A stretch of DNA of 64,000 nt from Patescibacteria group bacterium (lineage in GTDB: Bacteria; Patescibacteriota; Patescibacteriia; Buchananbacterales; GWA2-38-13), in assembly GCA_028712155.1 (NCBI GenBank), contig JAQTQO010000002.1, forward strand, positions 11,851-75,850. The letters are read 5' to 3'. Under the pieces are notes generated by a model that was given only the letters and a program-made list of their open reading frames with translations, ran no database searches and was not told the DNA's origin. Position numbers and translations under genes: made by a program. Positions 8,237 to 19,991 of this stretch are shown here, one piece after another (within the stretch, counting starts at the first letter, position 1; each line of letters opens with the position of its first letter).

Positions 8237-9682
8237 ATGGCGCACACCCATTCCGGGGCGACGCAGGCCCATCAAAAGAAAAGTGTCGCTCTCAGCTCGG
8301 TCTTCGCGAGCGTATTTTTAACGCTGATAAAACTGGTCGTCGGGATCACCACGGGCAGCTTGGGCATCATTTCCGAAGCGGCACACTCGGCGCTGGATTT
8401 TGTCGCGGCGCTCCTGACGTTCTTTGCCGTCCGGGTCGGCGATAAACCGGCCGACAAGGACCATCCGTACGGCCACACCAAAATGGAGAGCGTCTCGGCG
8501 TTGATCGAGACCGGCCTGCTGTTCTTGACCAGCGCCTGGATCATCTACGAAGCGGTCAAACGGCTGTTCTTCAAAAACGTCCACGTAGAAACTGCCTGGT
8601 ACGCTCTAGTGATCATCGTCATTTCCATTGTTGTTGATATTTCCCGTTCACGCGCGCTGCGCAAAGTGGCAACCGCTACGCACAGCCAGGCGCTGGAAGC
8701 CGATGCCCTGCATTTCAGTTCGGATATCTGGAGTTCACTGGCGGTGCTGGTCGGTTTGCTGGCGGTGCAGTTTGGCATCGGCAGCAATGCGGACTCCATC
8801 GCGGCCCTGGTTGTTGCCGGCCTGGTACTGGTCACCGGTTATAAGCTCGGCAAACGAACCATCGATGTGTTGGTGGACGCGGCACCGGAAGGCATTACCG
8901 ACCGCATCACCCACCTGGCCAAAGGCATTGACGGCGTGCTCGGCGTGGCCAAAGTCCGCGTCCGCCATGCCGGCGCATTTTTCTTCGCTGATCTGACCGT
9001 CCACGTTCACCGGAAATTATCGCTTGAAAAAGTGCAGGAAATCTGCAACCGGATCGAACAGCAGATCGAGCGGGCGCTGCCCGGCGTAGATCTGACCGTG
9101 CATGCCGTTCCGCTCTCGCAGGATAACGAAACCATTATTGAGCGCGTGCAATTGATCGCCGCGCGCCATAATCTCGCCGTCCACGACATCGTGGCGCACT
9201 CCCAGGCCGGCCGGACCTTCGTCAGTTTCGATCTGGAGGTGACCGCGAACCTCACGATCGGCGAAGCCCATGCGACGGCCACCCAGCTGGAAACCGCGAT
9301 CCAGAACGAACTGGGCAGCGACCTGGTCATCAATACGCACATCGAACCGCTGCGCAACGCCGTGATGCCCAGCGCCAGCGCTCCTCCCGAGGAAACTGCC
9401 GCGGTCAACGACGCCATTGGCGCGATTGCCGCAACGCTACCCGGGGTACGCGGGACCCACGATGTCCGTGTGCGCCAATCCGACCGACAGCTGTTCGTCA
9501 CGCTGCACTGCTACTTCGACGCGGAAACTCCGCTGGAGGACGCCCATAATCTCGCCAGCCGGTTCGAATACCGGTTGAAAGAAAAAATTCCCCACATGCA
9601 ACGCGCTGTAGTGCATGTGGAGCCGGCTGCCGCCGGCGGCGCGCATCAGGCGCACCATCGTACCGTACGAAAGATTGATTAA
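8237..9682 (+). CDS. Cation diffusion facilitator (CDF) family metal efflux transporter with extended/duplicated C-terminal cytoplasmic domain
   Basis: Start taken at the MAHTHSG Met, after the terminator. CDF signature: ...AAHSALDFVAALLTFFAVRVGDKPADKDHPYGHTKMESVSALIETG.... Two consecutive CTD-like segments each contain ...VHV/HVEP.... Confidence 0.75.
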   Translation: MAHTHSGATQAHQKKSVALSSVFASVFLTLIKLVVGITTGSLGIISEAAHSALDFVAALLTFFAVRVGDKPADKDHPYGHTKMESVSALIETGLLFLTSAWIIYEAVKRLFFKNVHVETAWYALVIIVISIVVDISRSRALRKVATATHSQALEADALHFSSDIWSSLAVLVGLLAVQFGIGSNADSIAALVVAGLVLVTGYKLGKRTIDVLVDAAPEGITDRITHLAKGIDGVLGVAKVRVRHAGAFFFADLTVHVHRKLSLEKVQEICNRIEQQIERALPGVDLTVHAVPLSQDNETIIERVQLIAARHNLAVHDIVAHSQAGRTFVSFDLEVTANLTIGEAHATATQLETAIQNELGSDLVINTHIEPLRNAVMPSASAPPEETAAVNDAIGAIAATLPGVRGTHDVRVRQSDRQLFVTLHCYFDAETPLEDAHNLASRFEYRLKEKIPHMQRAVVHVEPAAAGGAHQAHHRTVRKID

Positions 9683-9694
9683 CCCATTAAACCT

Positions 9695-10366
9695 ATGAAG
9701 ATAAAACCCGGCGAAATCATTGCGGCCGTCATCATCGTGGTCGCGTCGTACGCCACCTGGCTGGTTTACCCGCGCCTGCCCGACCGCCTCGCCTCCCACT
9801 GGGGGATAAACGGACAAGTGGACGGCTACCTGCCTAAATTCTGGGGAGCGGCGATCATGCCGCTCATCGCCGTGGCGCTCCTCATTTTGCTGGCGGTCCT
9901 GCCGCGCATCGATCCCCAGAAAGAAAACATCAAAAAAATTCGCGGATACTTTGACGGATTTCTCGTCACCATTTTTCTTTTTTTGGCCTACCTGCAATTT
10001 CTGGTCATCGCTTGGAATCTCAACTACCATCTCAATATCGTCCGTTGGATGATCCCGGCGATGGCGGTACTCTTCGGCGTCACCGGCCTGCTGATCGGCC
10101 ATGTTGAACCTAACTGGACGATCGGTATCCGTACCCCGTGGTCATTGTCCAGCGCAACGGTCTGGCGAAAAACGCACGCACTGGGCGGTCGCTTGTTCTA
10201 CGTTGCCGCCGTCGTAATGCTCGGCGGAATGATCTACCCGGCACTGGCGATTTGGTTCATCATCATACCGGCGGTGGCCGCAGCGCTTGTGGCCATGGTA
10301 TATTCGTATATTCTCTACCGCGGTGAAAGCAAAAATCCTAATCACCCGGCTCCAACGGCACGTTAG
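9695..10366 (+). CDS. DUF1648/SdpI-family membrane protein
   Basis: 223 aa, multi-TM. N-terminus ...YPRLPDRLASHWGINGQVDGY... is DUF1648-like; C-terminal half ...NWTIGIRTPWSLSSATVWRKTHALGGRLF... is SdpI/YhfL-like. Confidence 0.55.
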   Translation: MKIKPGEIIAAVIIVVASYATWLVYPRLPDRLASHWGINGQVDGYLPKFWGAAIMPLIAVALLILLAVLPRIDPQKENIKKIRGYFDGFLVTIFLFLAYLQFLVIAWNLNYHLNIVRWMIPAMAVLFGVTGLLIGHVEPNWTIGIRTPWSLSSATVWRKTHALGGRLFYVAAVVMLGGMIYPALAIWFIIIPAVAAALVAMVYSYILYRGESKNPNHPAPTAR

Positions 10367-10410
10367 TCAGCGCAACGTTGCCGGCATGGCTTGGTCTCGC
10401 ATCAGTACTC

Positions 10411-11028
10411 ATGCGTTTCATTGATCTTACCCGGACGTTGACCGACCATATCGCAGTCTACCCCGGCGATCCGGCCGTCCACCTGGCTGACGTTGCGACC
10501 CTAGCCAAAGACGGCTACCGCGGCAGCCGCATCGATGCGGGCGTGCATGCCGGCACACACCTTGATGCACCGGCGCATTTTATTGAAAATGGAAAACGGG
10601 TGGATGAAATGGATGCCGCCCGGCTGATCGGCCGGGGCCGTTTGGTTGATGCCCGCAAATTCCGCACGATCGATGCACACCTGCTCGAAGAACTGACCGT
10701 GGAGCCGGGTGACATCGTGCTGATCTGGACCGGCTGGAGTAAAAAATTCGGCGATCCGAAATATTTTACTGATTTTCCGGAGCTCACCGCGGAGCTCGCC
10801 AAACGCATCATTGCCGCCGGCGCGGTGATGGTCGGATTGGACAGCCCCAGCCCCGACCGGCCGCCGCACGCAGTCCACCGGCTGCTCATGCAAGCGGACA
10901 TTGCCATTGTTGAAAACCTCACCGGCCTGGAATTACTGGCCTCCGCAACGCCGTTTGAGGTCGTTGCGCTGCCGGCAAAATGGCACACGGAAGCAGCGCC
11001 GGTGCGCGTGGTGGCACGAATTTTCTGA
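10411..11028 (+). CDS. Cyclase family protein / kynurenine formamidase (KynB)-like
   Basis: HAGTHLDAPAHF motif (HxGTHxDxPxH) and an overall fold-family match. Start placed at the MRFIDLTR Met. Confidence 0.7.
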   Translation: MRFIDLTRTLTDHIAVYPGDPAVHLADVATLAKDGYRGSRIDAGVHAGTHLDAPAHFIENGKRVDEMDAARLIGRGRLVDARKFRTIDAHLLEELTVEPGDIVLIWTGWSKKFGDPKYFTDFPELTAELAKRIIAAGAVMVGLDSPSPDRPPHAVHRLLMQADIAIVENLTGLELLASATPFEVVALPAKWHTEAAPVRVVARIF

Positions 11029-11038
11029 ACCGTAATGT

Positions 11039-11584
11039 ATGGCGACCGAACACGTTGTTTTAGTTGACGAAAACGATCACGTCCTTGGTACCGCGCCGAA
11101 AGCGACGGTACACGAAAAAACCACACCGCTGCATCGCGGATTTTCGCTGTTCATTTTCAGCCCGCGCGGCGAATTGCTGCTGCAGCAGCGGGCGCTCACC
11201 AAAGTCACCTGGCCGGGCGTGTGGTCAAACAGCTGCTGCGGACACCCGGCGCTCGAGGAGAAGAATGTCGAAGCGGCGAAACGACGCGCCCACGACGAGC
11301 TTGGTTTGACGCTGACGGAAATTATTGAAATGTCCCCGTACCGCTACCGCTTCACTCGTGCGGGTGTGCAAGAGAATGAAATTTGCCCGATTCTCGTTGC
11401 CGCTACAGCGCAAACGCCAAACATCAATCCGCAAGAAGTCGCTGCCATCCGCTGGATCGCGTGGGGAAAATTCGTTGAAGAAATCAGCACCACACCAGGC
11501 CGCTACTCGGAATGGTGCGAAGAAGAGGTGTTGATTCTGCAACACAGCAAAAAATTCCAGGATTGGTACGGAAAAATTGGATAG
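11039..11584 (+). CDS. idi: Isopentenyl-diphosphate delta-isomerase, type 1 (Nudix)
   Basis: 181 aa. ...HRGFSLFIFSPRGELLLQQRALTKVTWPGVWSNSCCGHPALEE... carries the IDI-1 signature (W.G.W..SCCGHP). Confidence 0.8.
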   Translation: MATEHVVLVDENDHVLGTAPKATVHEKTTPLHRGFSLFIFSPRGELLLQQRALTKVTWPGVWSNSCCGHPALEEKNVEAAKRRAHDELGLTLTEIIEMSPYRYRFTRAGVQENEICPILVAATAQTPNINPQEVAAIRWIAWGKFVEEISTTPGRYSEWCEEEVLILQHSKKFQDWYGKIG

Positions 11585-11596
11585 AGAGTCAGACAA

Positions 11597-11620
11597 TAAA
11601 ATCGGCCGCAGCCGATTTTA
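11597..11620. terminator. Bidirectional rho-independent terminator between idi (+) and gatA (-)
   Basis: AAAATCGGC cgca GCCGATTTT: a 9-bp stem flanked by an A-run and a T-run, sitting between convergent genes. Confidence 0.6.
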
Positions 11621-11639
11621 TTATTGCCCAACGGTCCGA

Positions 11640-13121
11640 TTACAATTTCGGGTCGCAGGAGAACTTCACCGCCTGCTCCAAATGATGACCGGCGCGTAAA
11701 ATCGTCTCTTCGTCAAAAGGTTTGCCAATCAGCTGCAGTCCCACCGGCAGTTTTACTCCGCCTTCGGGCGGTTCGGCCAGACCAACCGGTAACGAGAGGC
11801 CGGGCACTCCGGCGACATTGCCGGCGACGGTGTAGACATCAGCGAGGTACATGCTCAACGGATCATCTGCTTTGGCGCCGATCTTGAACGCGACAGTCGG
11901 CGACGTCGGTGTCACCAAGCAGTCAACTTTTTTGAACGCCTGTTCGAAATCTTGGCGCACCAGCGTCCGCACGGCCAGCGCTTTCTTGTAGTAGGCATCG
12001 TAGTACCCGGCCGACAGCGCGTAGGTGCCAAGCATAATGCGGCGACGGATTTCGGCGCCAAAGCCCGCACCGCGGGTTTCGGCATACTGCGCGATCAGCG
12101 TCGGCGCTTCCCGGCGGCTCAAACCGTAACGGATGCCGTCGTAGCGGGCGAGGTTGGCGGACAATTCGGCCGGCATGATCACGTAGTAGGCCGCCAAGGC
12201 GTAATCGGTATGCGGCAGGCTGATATCGGTCACGATTTTTGCCCCCAGGGTTTCCAGAATTTTCAGCGCGGCGGAAAAACTCTTCCGCACGCCGTCTTCC
12301 AGCCCCGCGGTGGAGTCGGAAAAATATTCTTTCGGAACGCCGATGCGTAAACCCTTGATGGATTTCCTGAGCGCGGCCGCATAGTCGGGTACCGGTTGCG
12401 GCGACGTGGTCGAATCCTTCGGGTCAAGGCCGGCGATCGCCCGCAACACAATAGCGGTATCCTCGACGGTCCGGGTGAACGGTCCGATCTGGTCGAGCGA
12501 CGACGCCATGGCCATCAGTCCGTACCGCGACACGCGGCCATACGTCGGTTTCAGCCCGACGATCCCGCACAGGCTGGCCGGCTGGCGGATCGAACCGCCG
12601 GTATCCGAGCCCATCGCGAAACACGACATGCCTGCGGCCACGGCCGCCGCCGAACCGCCGCTGGAACCGCCGGGAACTCGCGTCGCATCCCACGGATTTT
12701 TGGTCGGGCCGAACGCCGAATGCTCGGTCGAGGAACCGCAGGCGAACTCGTCCATATTCGACTTCCCGAGCAGTATCGAGTCCTGCTGCTTGAGTTTTTC
12801 AACCACGGTACCGTCGTACGTGGCCGTATAATTTTCCAAAATTTTAGAACCGGCGGTGGTTTTTGTTCCGGCCGCCAGAAAAATATCTTTCAGCACCATG
12901 GGAATGCCCGCGAGCGGATGCGCGAACTTTTTTCGGCGATCCAACTGATCCGCGTGCGCTAACGCATCGTCGCCATAGACTGCCAGCAGCGCGTGGAGAC
13001 GGCCGTTATCCTTTTGGATGCGATCCAAATACGCCTGCGTCAGCTCGCGGCAGGAAAACTTTTTTTGATCCAAACCGGCGCGCGCGGCCGTCAGGCTCGA
13101 TGGCGGCAGTGTGTTTGCCAT
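11640..13121 (-). CDS. gatA: Glutamyl-tRNA(Gln) amidotransferase subunit A
   Basis: 493 aa with the amidase signature GGSSGGSAAAVAAG. Start overlaps the gatC stop. Confidence 0.9.
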   Translation of the reverse strand: MANTLPPSSLTAARAGLDQKKFSCRELTQAYLDRIQKDNGRLHALLAVYGDDALAHADQLDRRKKFAHPLAGIPMVLKDIFLAAGTKTTAGSKILENYTATYDGTVVEKLKQQDSILLGKSNMDEFACGSSTEHSAFGPTKNPWDATRVPGGSSGGSAAAVAAGMSCFAMGSDTGGSIRQPASLCGIVGLKPTYGRVSRYGLMAMASSLDQIGPFTRTVEDTAIVLRAIAGLDPKDSTTSPQPVPDYAAALRKSIKGLRIGVPKEYFSDSTAGLEDGVRKSFSAALKILETLGAKIVTDISLPHTDYALAAYYVIMPAELSANLARYDGIRYGLSRREAPTLIAQYAETRGAGFGAEIRRRIMLGTYALSAGYYDAYYKKALAVRTLVRQDFEQAFKKVDCLVTPTSPTVAFKIGAKADDPLSMYLADVYTVAGNVAGVPGLSLPVGLAEPPEGGVKLPVGLQLIGKPFDEETILRAGHHLEQAVKFSCDPKL

Positions 13122-13122
13122 A

Positions 13123-13419
13123 CTAGGCGAATACCCCGGTGGTTTTCAGTAAATCACCTTCGCGTTCGGGCATTTCTTTCAGCAAGCGCTCGCGAGTTTC
13201 GGGCGGACACGCAGCCACAACATCGGCCCGCGCCACGTTCGACAGACCGCTGACCTGGGCGGTAACCGGAACGTCGCGGGTATCCAATTGCTGCAGTTTT
13301 CCGACGTACTCAAGAATTTTTTCCAGCTGGGCAGTGTAGCGGACGATCTCTTTCTCCGACAGAGACAGCCGCGCCAAATGCGCCACGTGTTCGACTTCTT
13401 TGCGGGTAATTTTAGCCAT
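13123..13419 (-). CDS. gatC: Glutamyl-tRNA(Gln) amidotransferase subunit C
   Basis: MAKITRKEVEHVAHLARLSLSEKE... is a typical GatC N-terminus. Start placed at the MAKIT Met rather than the tool start at 13452. Confidence 0.8.
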   Translation of the reverse strand: MAKITRKEVEHVAHLARLSLSEKEIVRYTAQLEKILEYVGKLQQLDTRDVPVTAQVSGLSNVARADVVAACPPETRERLLKEMPEREGDLLKTTGVFA

Positions 13420-13467
13420 AGGAATACCACGCCAGTGTAAATGAAAATGCACGGTCTGGCAAGCCCC

Positions 13468-15585
<2,118 letters not shown>

Positions 15586-15592
15586 TTACCTG

Positions 15593-16633
15593 CTACGGAC
15601 AGGTTTGATCACCGGCGACCAGCGGAGTTTTCTTGTTGATGCCGCACTCCGAGTACAGCACGTAATCAGCCAGGCCCGACGTCGGCGCACGGCCCGGCAG
15701 CAAAACCATTACCCGCTGCGTGGAAAAGAAATCCCGCGCTTCGCCGGTGAGCTTCAGGCGGGAAGATAACGCCATCGGCGTGCTCCCCCGGTACGCCCTC
15801 ACCCACGTAACGTTCACCGGCGCCCGTACGGCCCGCAGCTTCACCACGTAACTGCTCGACGGGTCGAGCGTGATGCTGAACGTCGACCCGCACGTGCGCG
15901 CTTGCTGCACCGGGGCTTGTGTATCCACCTGTGGCCCCCACCCCGATTGATTGGCAATCTGCCAATACGAGACGGCCAGCGACCCGAGCGAATATCCGGG
16001 AATACTGTCACACCGGATCCTCACATTGTCGACGCACGACGCCGTGCCAAGCGCGGTCGTTGCACCCCCGCCGCAATCGTGCAGCTCGTCCAAATCGATG
16101 ATATCCACCTGGGCCGACTGCTCCTGCAACAGCGGCATAAATTTCGGCTGGCCCTCGGTGACCCCGGTCGTGGGATATTCGGAAACGACGGAGCAGCCGC
16201 TCAGACTGTTGCTCACGCTGTATGACGTGTCGCTGGTGGGAGCATTCACGGTCAACCCCGTCTTGCACCCGCTGCTCATCCCTAGCTCAGCCGGCTGCAA
16301 TTCGAGCCGGCGCATTTTGAACAACGCCCGCTCCATCCCGCTCTCGGCGCGATAAAATTTTGTCAACGTGATGCTGCTGACCCCCGATATCCGAATCCCG
16401 GTAATGATCATGGCAGCCAAATTTATGGCAATGGCCAACGTCAGCGACGTGATCATCAATGTCAAAAGCAGCGTCGCTCCGCGCCGCGATCGCCCTAAAT
16501 ATCCAGGCCTAATTCGGTGAGCCGGAGAAATCATACATGTCATGCGACCAGCGTGTGTGGGAAATGAGCATCGTGCATCGGGGGCAATGACGGCGTACAT
16601 CTTCGATCTCCCGATTCCCAACTCATATTTCAC
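15593..16633 (-). CDS. Membrane-anchored protein of the pseudopilin operon (no canonical prepilin motif)
   Basis: 346 aa with an N-terminal TM helix (TLLLTLMITSLTLAIAINLAAMII). Start overlaps the upstream pseudopilin stop (ATGA coupling). Confidence 0.4.
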   Translation of the reverse strand: MKYELGIGRSKMYAVIAPDARCSFPTHAGRMTCMISPAHRIRPGYLGRSRRGATLLLTLMITSLTLAIAINLAAMIITGIRISGVSSITLTKFYRAESGMERALFKMRRLELQPAELGMSSGCKTGLTVNAPTSDTSYSVSNSLSGCSVVSEYPTTGVTEGQPKFMPLLQEQSAQVDIIDLDELHDCGGGATTALGTASCVDNVRIRCDSIPGYSLGSLAVSYWQIANQSGWGPQVDTQAPVQQARTCGSTFSITLDPSSSYVVKLRAVRAPVNVTWVRAYRGSTPMALSSRLKLTGEARDFFSTQRVMVLLPGRAPTSGLADYVLYSECGINKKTPLVAGDQTCP

Positions 16634-17574
16634 CGCTTATATACCCGCTGGGTGGCGGTGGTCTGAAACGTCATCCGGGTACCGGGGTTATTTGCATCCT
16701 GCACCGTGAAATAAAACGTCACCATCGGCTGGAAATTCTGCAGCTCGCATCTTCCGCCGGTGGTCGTGTTGCACTGCTTAGTGAAACACGCCGTCGCCTG
16801 GTTCGCCGCGGTACACTTACAGAACGTCCCGTTCGAGAACTCGGCGCCCGTGCCGCTGCCGCAGTCGGCATCGAGGTTTGGACCGGTGCCACTCCGGAAA
16901 TCCGTCGTCGGGTCAAAGATGTCCGGATAGGGGTTGGTGGAACTCGAAAAAAAGAAGCCGGCGCCGATAACCTGCACGCTGGACTCATTGGGAGTGCCGC
17001 TGGGGAAGTCGAACAAACGTTCGCAGGTGATAACCGTCTGGTCGTTCACCGTATCGTAGGATTGGTAGAAACGGAAAAAGCCCGGCGTATCGCCGGAATC
17101 ATCGGCGCACTTATGCGTACCGGATGGCCAAAAAGCATACGCAATGACCGTATCATTCGTCGGATCATTGTCCCCCAGGTTGTCGTACAGAACCAACTCG
17201 TTCTCCACCTGGTAAATATTCGACACGATGGTAGCGGGCTTGCCCGCATCCGAACCGTCCAGCGTATAGAGCGTCTCGGCAGGCGCGATACCGTCATAGT
17301 CCAGCGTGCCGTAGAAGGCCAGCTCATACGTCCGAATTTCACGGCTGATCTGATCCAGCAAAATGTTGGCCTCGGCAGTGATTTTCTGCCGCTGGACGCT
17401 GACCCGCTCCTGCCGCGTGCTGCTCAACCAAATATTGACGACCGTGATGACCACGATCGCGAACAAGCCGACCACCACCACCGTCTCCAGAAGGGTGAAC
17501 CCGCGCCGGTGGCCCCGATGACCGCGCCCAAGCGCATGCCACGGATGGTAATCCTGCCGGTTACTTCCAGGCAT
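16630..17574 (-). CDS. Prepilin-type N-terminal cleavage/methylation domain protein (minor pilin/pseudopilin)
   Basis: ...RRGFTLLETVVVVGLFAIVVITV contains the class III signal motif G|FTLLE. Confidence 0.6.
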   Translation of the reverse strand: MPGSNRQDYHPWHALGRGHRGHRRGFTLLETVVVVGLFAIVVITVVNIWLSSTRQERVSVQRQKITAEANILLDQISREIRTYELAFYGTLDYDGIAPAETLYTLDGSDAGKPATIVSNIYQVENELVLYDNLGDNDPTNDTVIAYAFWPSGTHKCADDSGDTPGFFRFYQSYDTVNDQTVITCERLFDFPSGTPNESSVQVIGAGFFFSSSTNPYPDIFDPTTDFRSGTGPNLDADCGSGTGAEFSNGTFCKCTAANQATACFTKQCNTTTGGRCELQNFQPMVTFYFTVQDANNPGTRMTFQTTATQRVYKR

Positions 17575-18313
17575 ACAAATAATCTTCCAGGTTCACGCAC
17601 CCCCAGACGCTGCTGGTCGTACCGCATCCGCGATCCGGCATCCAAACGCGGGCGATCACGCGGTGGCCGATAAACTGGGAATAACCTGCCGCGCAGTTTC
17701 CCGGGCAACCGGCTCCACTGTTCGCGATGCATTCCGTATTATTGCTTGGATTGAGACAGATGAAATCAACGGTTACCCGCCGCCGGTAATTTTTAAAGGT
17801 GTGGCTGTCACCGGCATCGCATGCGCTGTTCCGCTGGTAGTACGCGCCGGTGGCGCCATCCTGGCATATCTCATTACCATTAACCTTGTCGAATTTATTG
17901 TCCGAACCTCCGTAGTCGAAGACCCATTGGCCGGAGGTTGGGTTAAATGCGGTAATCCCATTATGGTCACCGCCGGACTGCCCGCTCGGCAGCGTCACAC
18001 AGGTCGTACAGTTCGTCGGCCGCGTACCGGTAAACGCATTATCGCGCAAGCCGCGCATCACCTCGAGGCTCTCCCGCGCCAGACTGTACATCATGATGCG
18101 CTCTTCAATGCTCATCTGGCGGCGTACCGCGGTGGTTACCAGCGACGCGGCCGCTACCAGCGCGGTGATGATAACGTAGACGGCGACAATGAGATCGACC
18201 ATGCTCTGGCCTGAGCGCGCGCGCCAACGCCGCCCGTCCGGACGTTTGGGTTCCCCCGCCTGTCGTGCACTCACGGCGACCATACGGTTAATTTTGCTCC
18301 TGGATACCGGCAC
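17561..18313 (-). CDS. Pilin-like protein with atypical prepilin motif (Asp at +5)
   Basis: ...SGQSMVDLIVAVYVIITALVAAASLV is prepilin-like but has D in place of the usual E at +5. It sits in the pseudopilin operon. Confidence 0.4.
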   Translation of the reverse strand: MPVSRSKINRMVAVSARQAGEPKRPDGRRWRARSGQSMVDLIVAVYVIITALVAAASLVTTAVRRQMSIEERIMMYSLARESLEVMRGLRDNAFTGTRPTNCTTCVTLPSGQSGGDHNGITAFNPTSGQWVFDYGGSDNKFDKVNGNEICQDGATGAYYQRNSACDAGDSHTFKNYRRRVTVDFICLNPSNNTECIANSGAGCPGNCAAGYSQFIGHRVIARVWMPDRGCGTTSSVWGCVNLEDYLYAWK

Positions 18314-19046
18314 CGCCGCCTTTGATGATGAGTTTTACCGACGTGCCGACGGACGGCCCAATCGTCAGCTCTTCGGAAGTCCGATACTCAATGCCGCCAC
18401 CGGCCGAAGAACCCCCGCAGCAGCTGGATGACCCGTCAAGCGTCGCACTGCCGGAATACGCGGTGAAAATTACCTCGCCGTACGTATCGCTTCTTGAGGA
18501 ACTCGGGTATTTCGCCACCAGCGAGCTGACAATCGTCGGGTACTCCATCACCCGCTCACCATTGGAAAGGAGCTCGTCGGGGACCCCGTTATGATCGAGA
18601 TCGCGCGTGAGAGAAAACGTTCCATCGGCATCAAGATCGGCGAAGAGGTAGTACGGACACCGCGTTTTTTGCGCGCAGGTTTTGAAGTACGCCCCAAAAC
18701 CGCCGGACGGCACTTCATTGACGCACGTACAGGAACCGTTCGACGGACAAATGGTTTTGACCGTCGTATTGCAGACGGAAACGGTTTTCCCCGATAACGC
18801 GTACTCCCGCATCAGGCGCAAATCCGCTGCGATACTGCCGCGACTGCGCTGCAGCGTGGAGCGCTTCGTTTTCCCCCGGAACGCCGCCAAGCTCATGCCC
18901 GCAATAAACACCAAAACCAGCATCACCACCCACAGTTCCATAATAGTAAACCCGGCGCGCCGGTGCCGGTGCGGCGAAACCGGCCCCTTCGGCGCGGATG
19001 GCGAGGCATTACCCCCGGCTGCATGGTCTGCGGTCATATGAAGCAC
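18288..19046 (-). CDS. Prepilin-type N-terminal cleavage/methylation domain protein (minor pilin/pseudopilin)
   Basis: ...HRRAGFTIMELWVVMLVLVFIAG contains the G|FTIME prepilin motif. Confidence 0.6.
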   Translation of the reverse strand: MLHMTADHAAGGNASPSAPKGPVSPHRHRRAGFTIMELWVVMLVLVFIAGMSLAAFRGKTKRSTLQRSRGSIAADLRLMREYALSGKTVSVCNTTVKTICPSNGSCTCVNEVPSGGFGAYFKTCAQKTRCPYYLFADLDADGTFSLTRDLDHNGVPDELLSNGERVMEYPTIVSSLVAKYPSSSRSDTYGEVIFTAYSGSATLDGSSSCCGGSSAGGGIEYRTSEELTIGPSVGTSVKLIIKGGGAGIQEQN

Positions 19047-19064
19047 ACAAATTATTCAAAAAAA

Positions 19065-19889
19065 TTAAAAGCCCAGAAGACGGAGATACCAGCGGATCAC
19101 TGCATCGCCATACAGGAGCGAAAACGCACCGCCGGCGGAAAGAAACGTCCCGAACGGTACCGCACTGCCGAACTTTCGGCGGCCGGAAACGATCAGCCCG
19201 AGGCTCACGATCGCGCCCAATGTGTAGGCAAAAACCAGACACACGAGCAGCTTTGGCCAACCCAGCATCAGCCCCAGCAACAGTCCCAGCCGGATGTCGC
19301 CGTCTCCGATCCACCGGCCGGACGAGATCACGTATTGGGCACCGAAAAATCCTGCTCCCAGTATACCACCGATGGCAAGCTCCCAGAAAGATTGCCCCAG
19401 CCACAGGTTTGCGGCCAGCGCCAGCGCGGCCGCGGGGAGCGTGATGATATCCAGGATGAGGTAGTGGCGCAGGTCGATCAGAAAAACGACGACCAGTACG
19501 GCCAAAAAGACCCCGTCGCGGATGGCGAACAGCAGACTGCGCGTGCAGGCGGACAGATCGACGGGTTGACCGCCGACCTGGGCGTACTTAACGGCAACCA
19601 GCAAGTACAGTGCCGCAACGGTCAGCTCGACTGCCGGGTATTGCCAGGAAATGGGCTTGCGGCAGCGGGCACAGCGCCCGGAGAGCCATAGGTACGACAG
19701 CACCGGAACGTTGTGGTACCAGGGAATACGCGCCCGGCATTTGGGGCAACGGGAACGTCCGCTCAACCGCTCATGCGCTGGCAGACGCATCGCAACGACG
19801 TTGATAAAACTGCCGATTGCGAGACCGAGTATCGCGAAATAAATTCCAAAAAAGACTGTCGCCATTGCGAGGTGTGTATGAGTTGCCAA
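19065..19889 (-). CDS. pilD: Prepilin peptidase (A24 family, PilD-like)
   Basis: 274 aa, multi-TM. N-terminal Cys pairs CPKCRARIP...CARCRK, then the A24 peptidase core. Confidence 0.85.
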   Translation of the reverse strand: MATHTHLAMATVFFGIYFAILGLAIGSFINVVAMRLPAHERLSGRSRCPKCRARIPWYHNVPVLSYLWLSGRCARCRKPISWQYPAVELTVAALYLLVAVKYAQVGGQPVDLSACTRSLLFAIRDGVFLAVLVVVFLIDLRHYLILDIITLPAAALALAANLWLGQSFWELAIGGILGAGFFGAQYVISSGRWIGDGDIRLGLLLGLMLGWPKLLVCLVFAYTLGAIVSLGLIVSGRRKFGSAVPFGTFLSAGGAFSLLYGDAVIRWYLRLLGF

Positions 19890-19991
19890 AAAGTGTGGAT
19901 AGTAATTATAATAATAGCACTTTCATGTCGGCATTTCCATCATAAAAATCACACTTTGTCAAAATTTTATCAATATTACAATCCCAATCCC
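19890..19991. promoter_or_regulatory. AT-rich divergent intergenic/promoter region between pilD (-) and sat/cysC (+)
   Basis: ~100 bp at ~30% GC between divergent starts. Contains an AATCCCAATCCC direct repeat. Confidence 0.35.
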
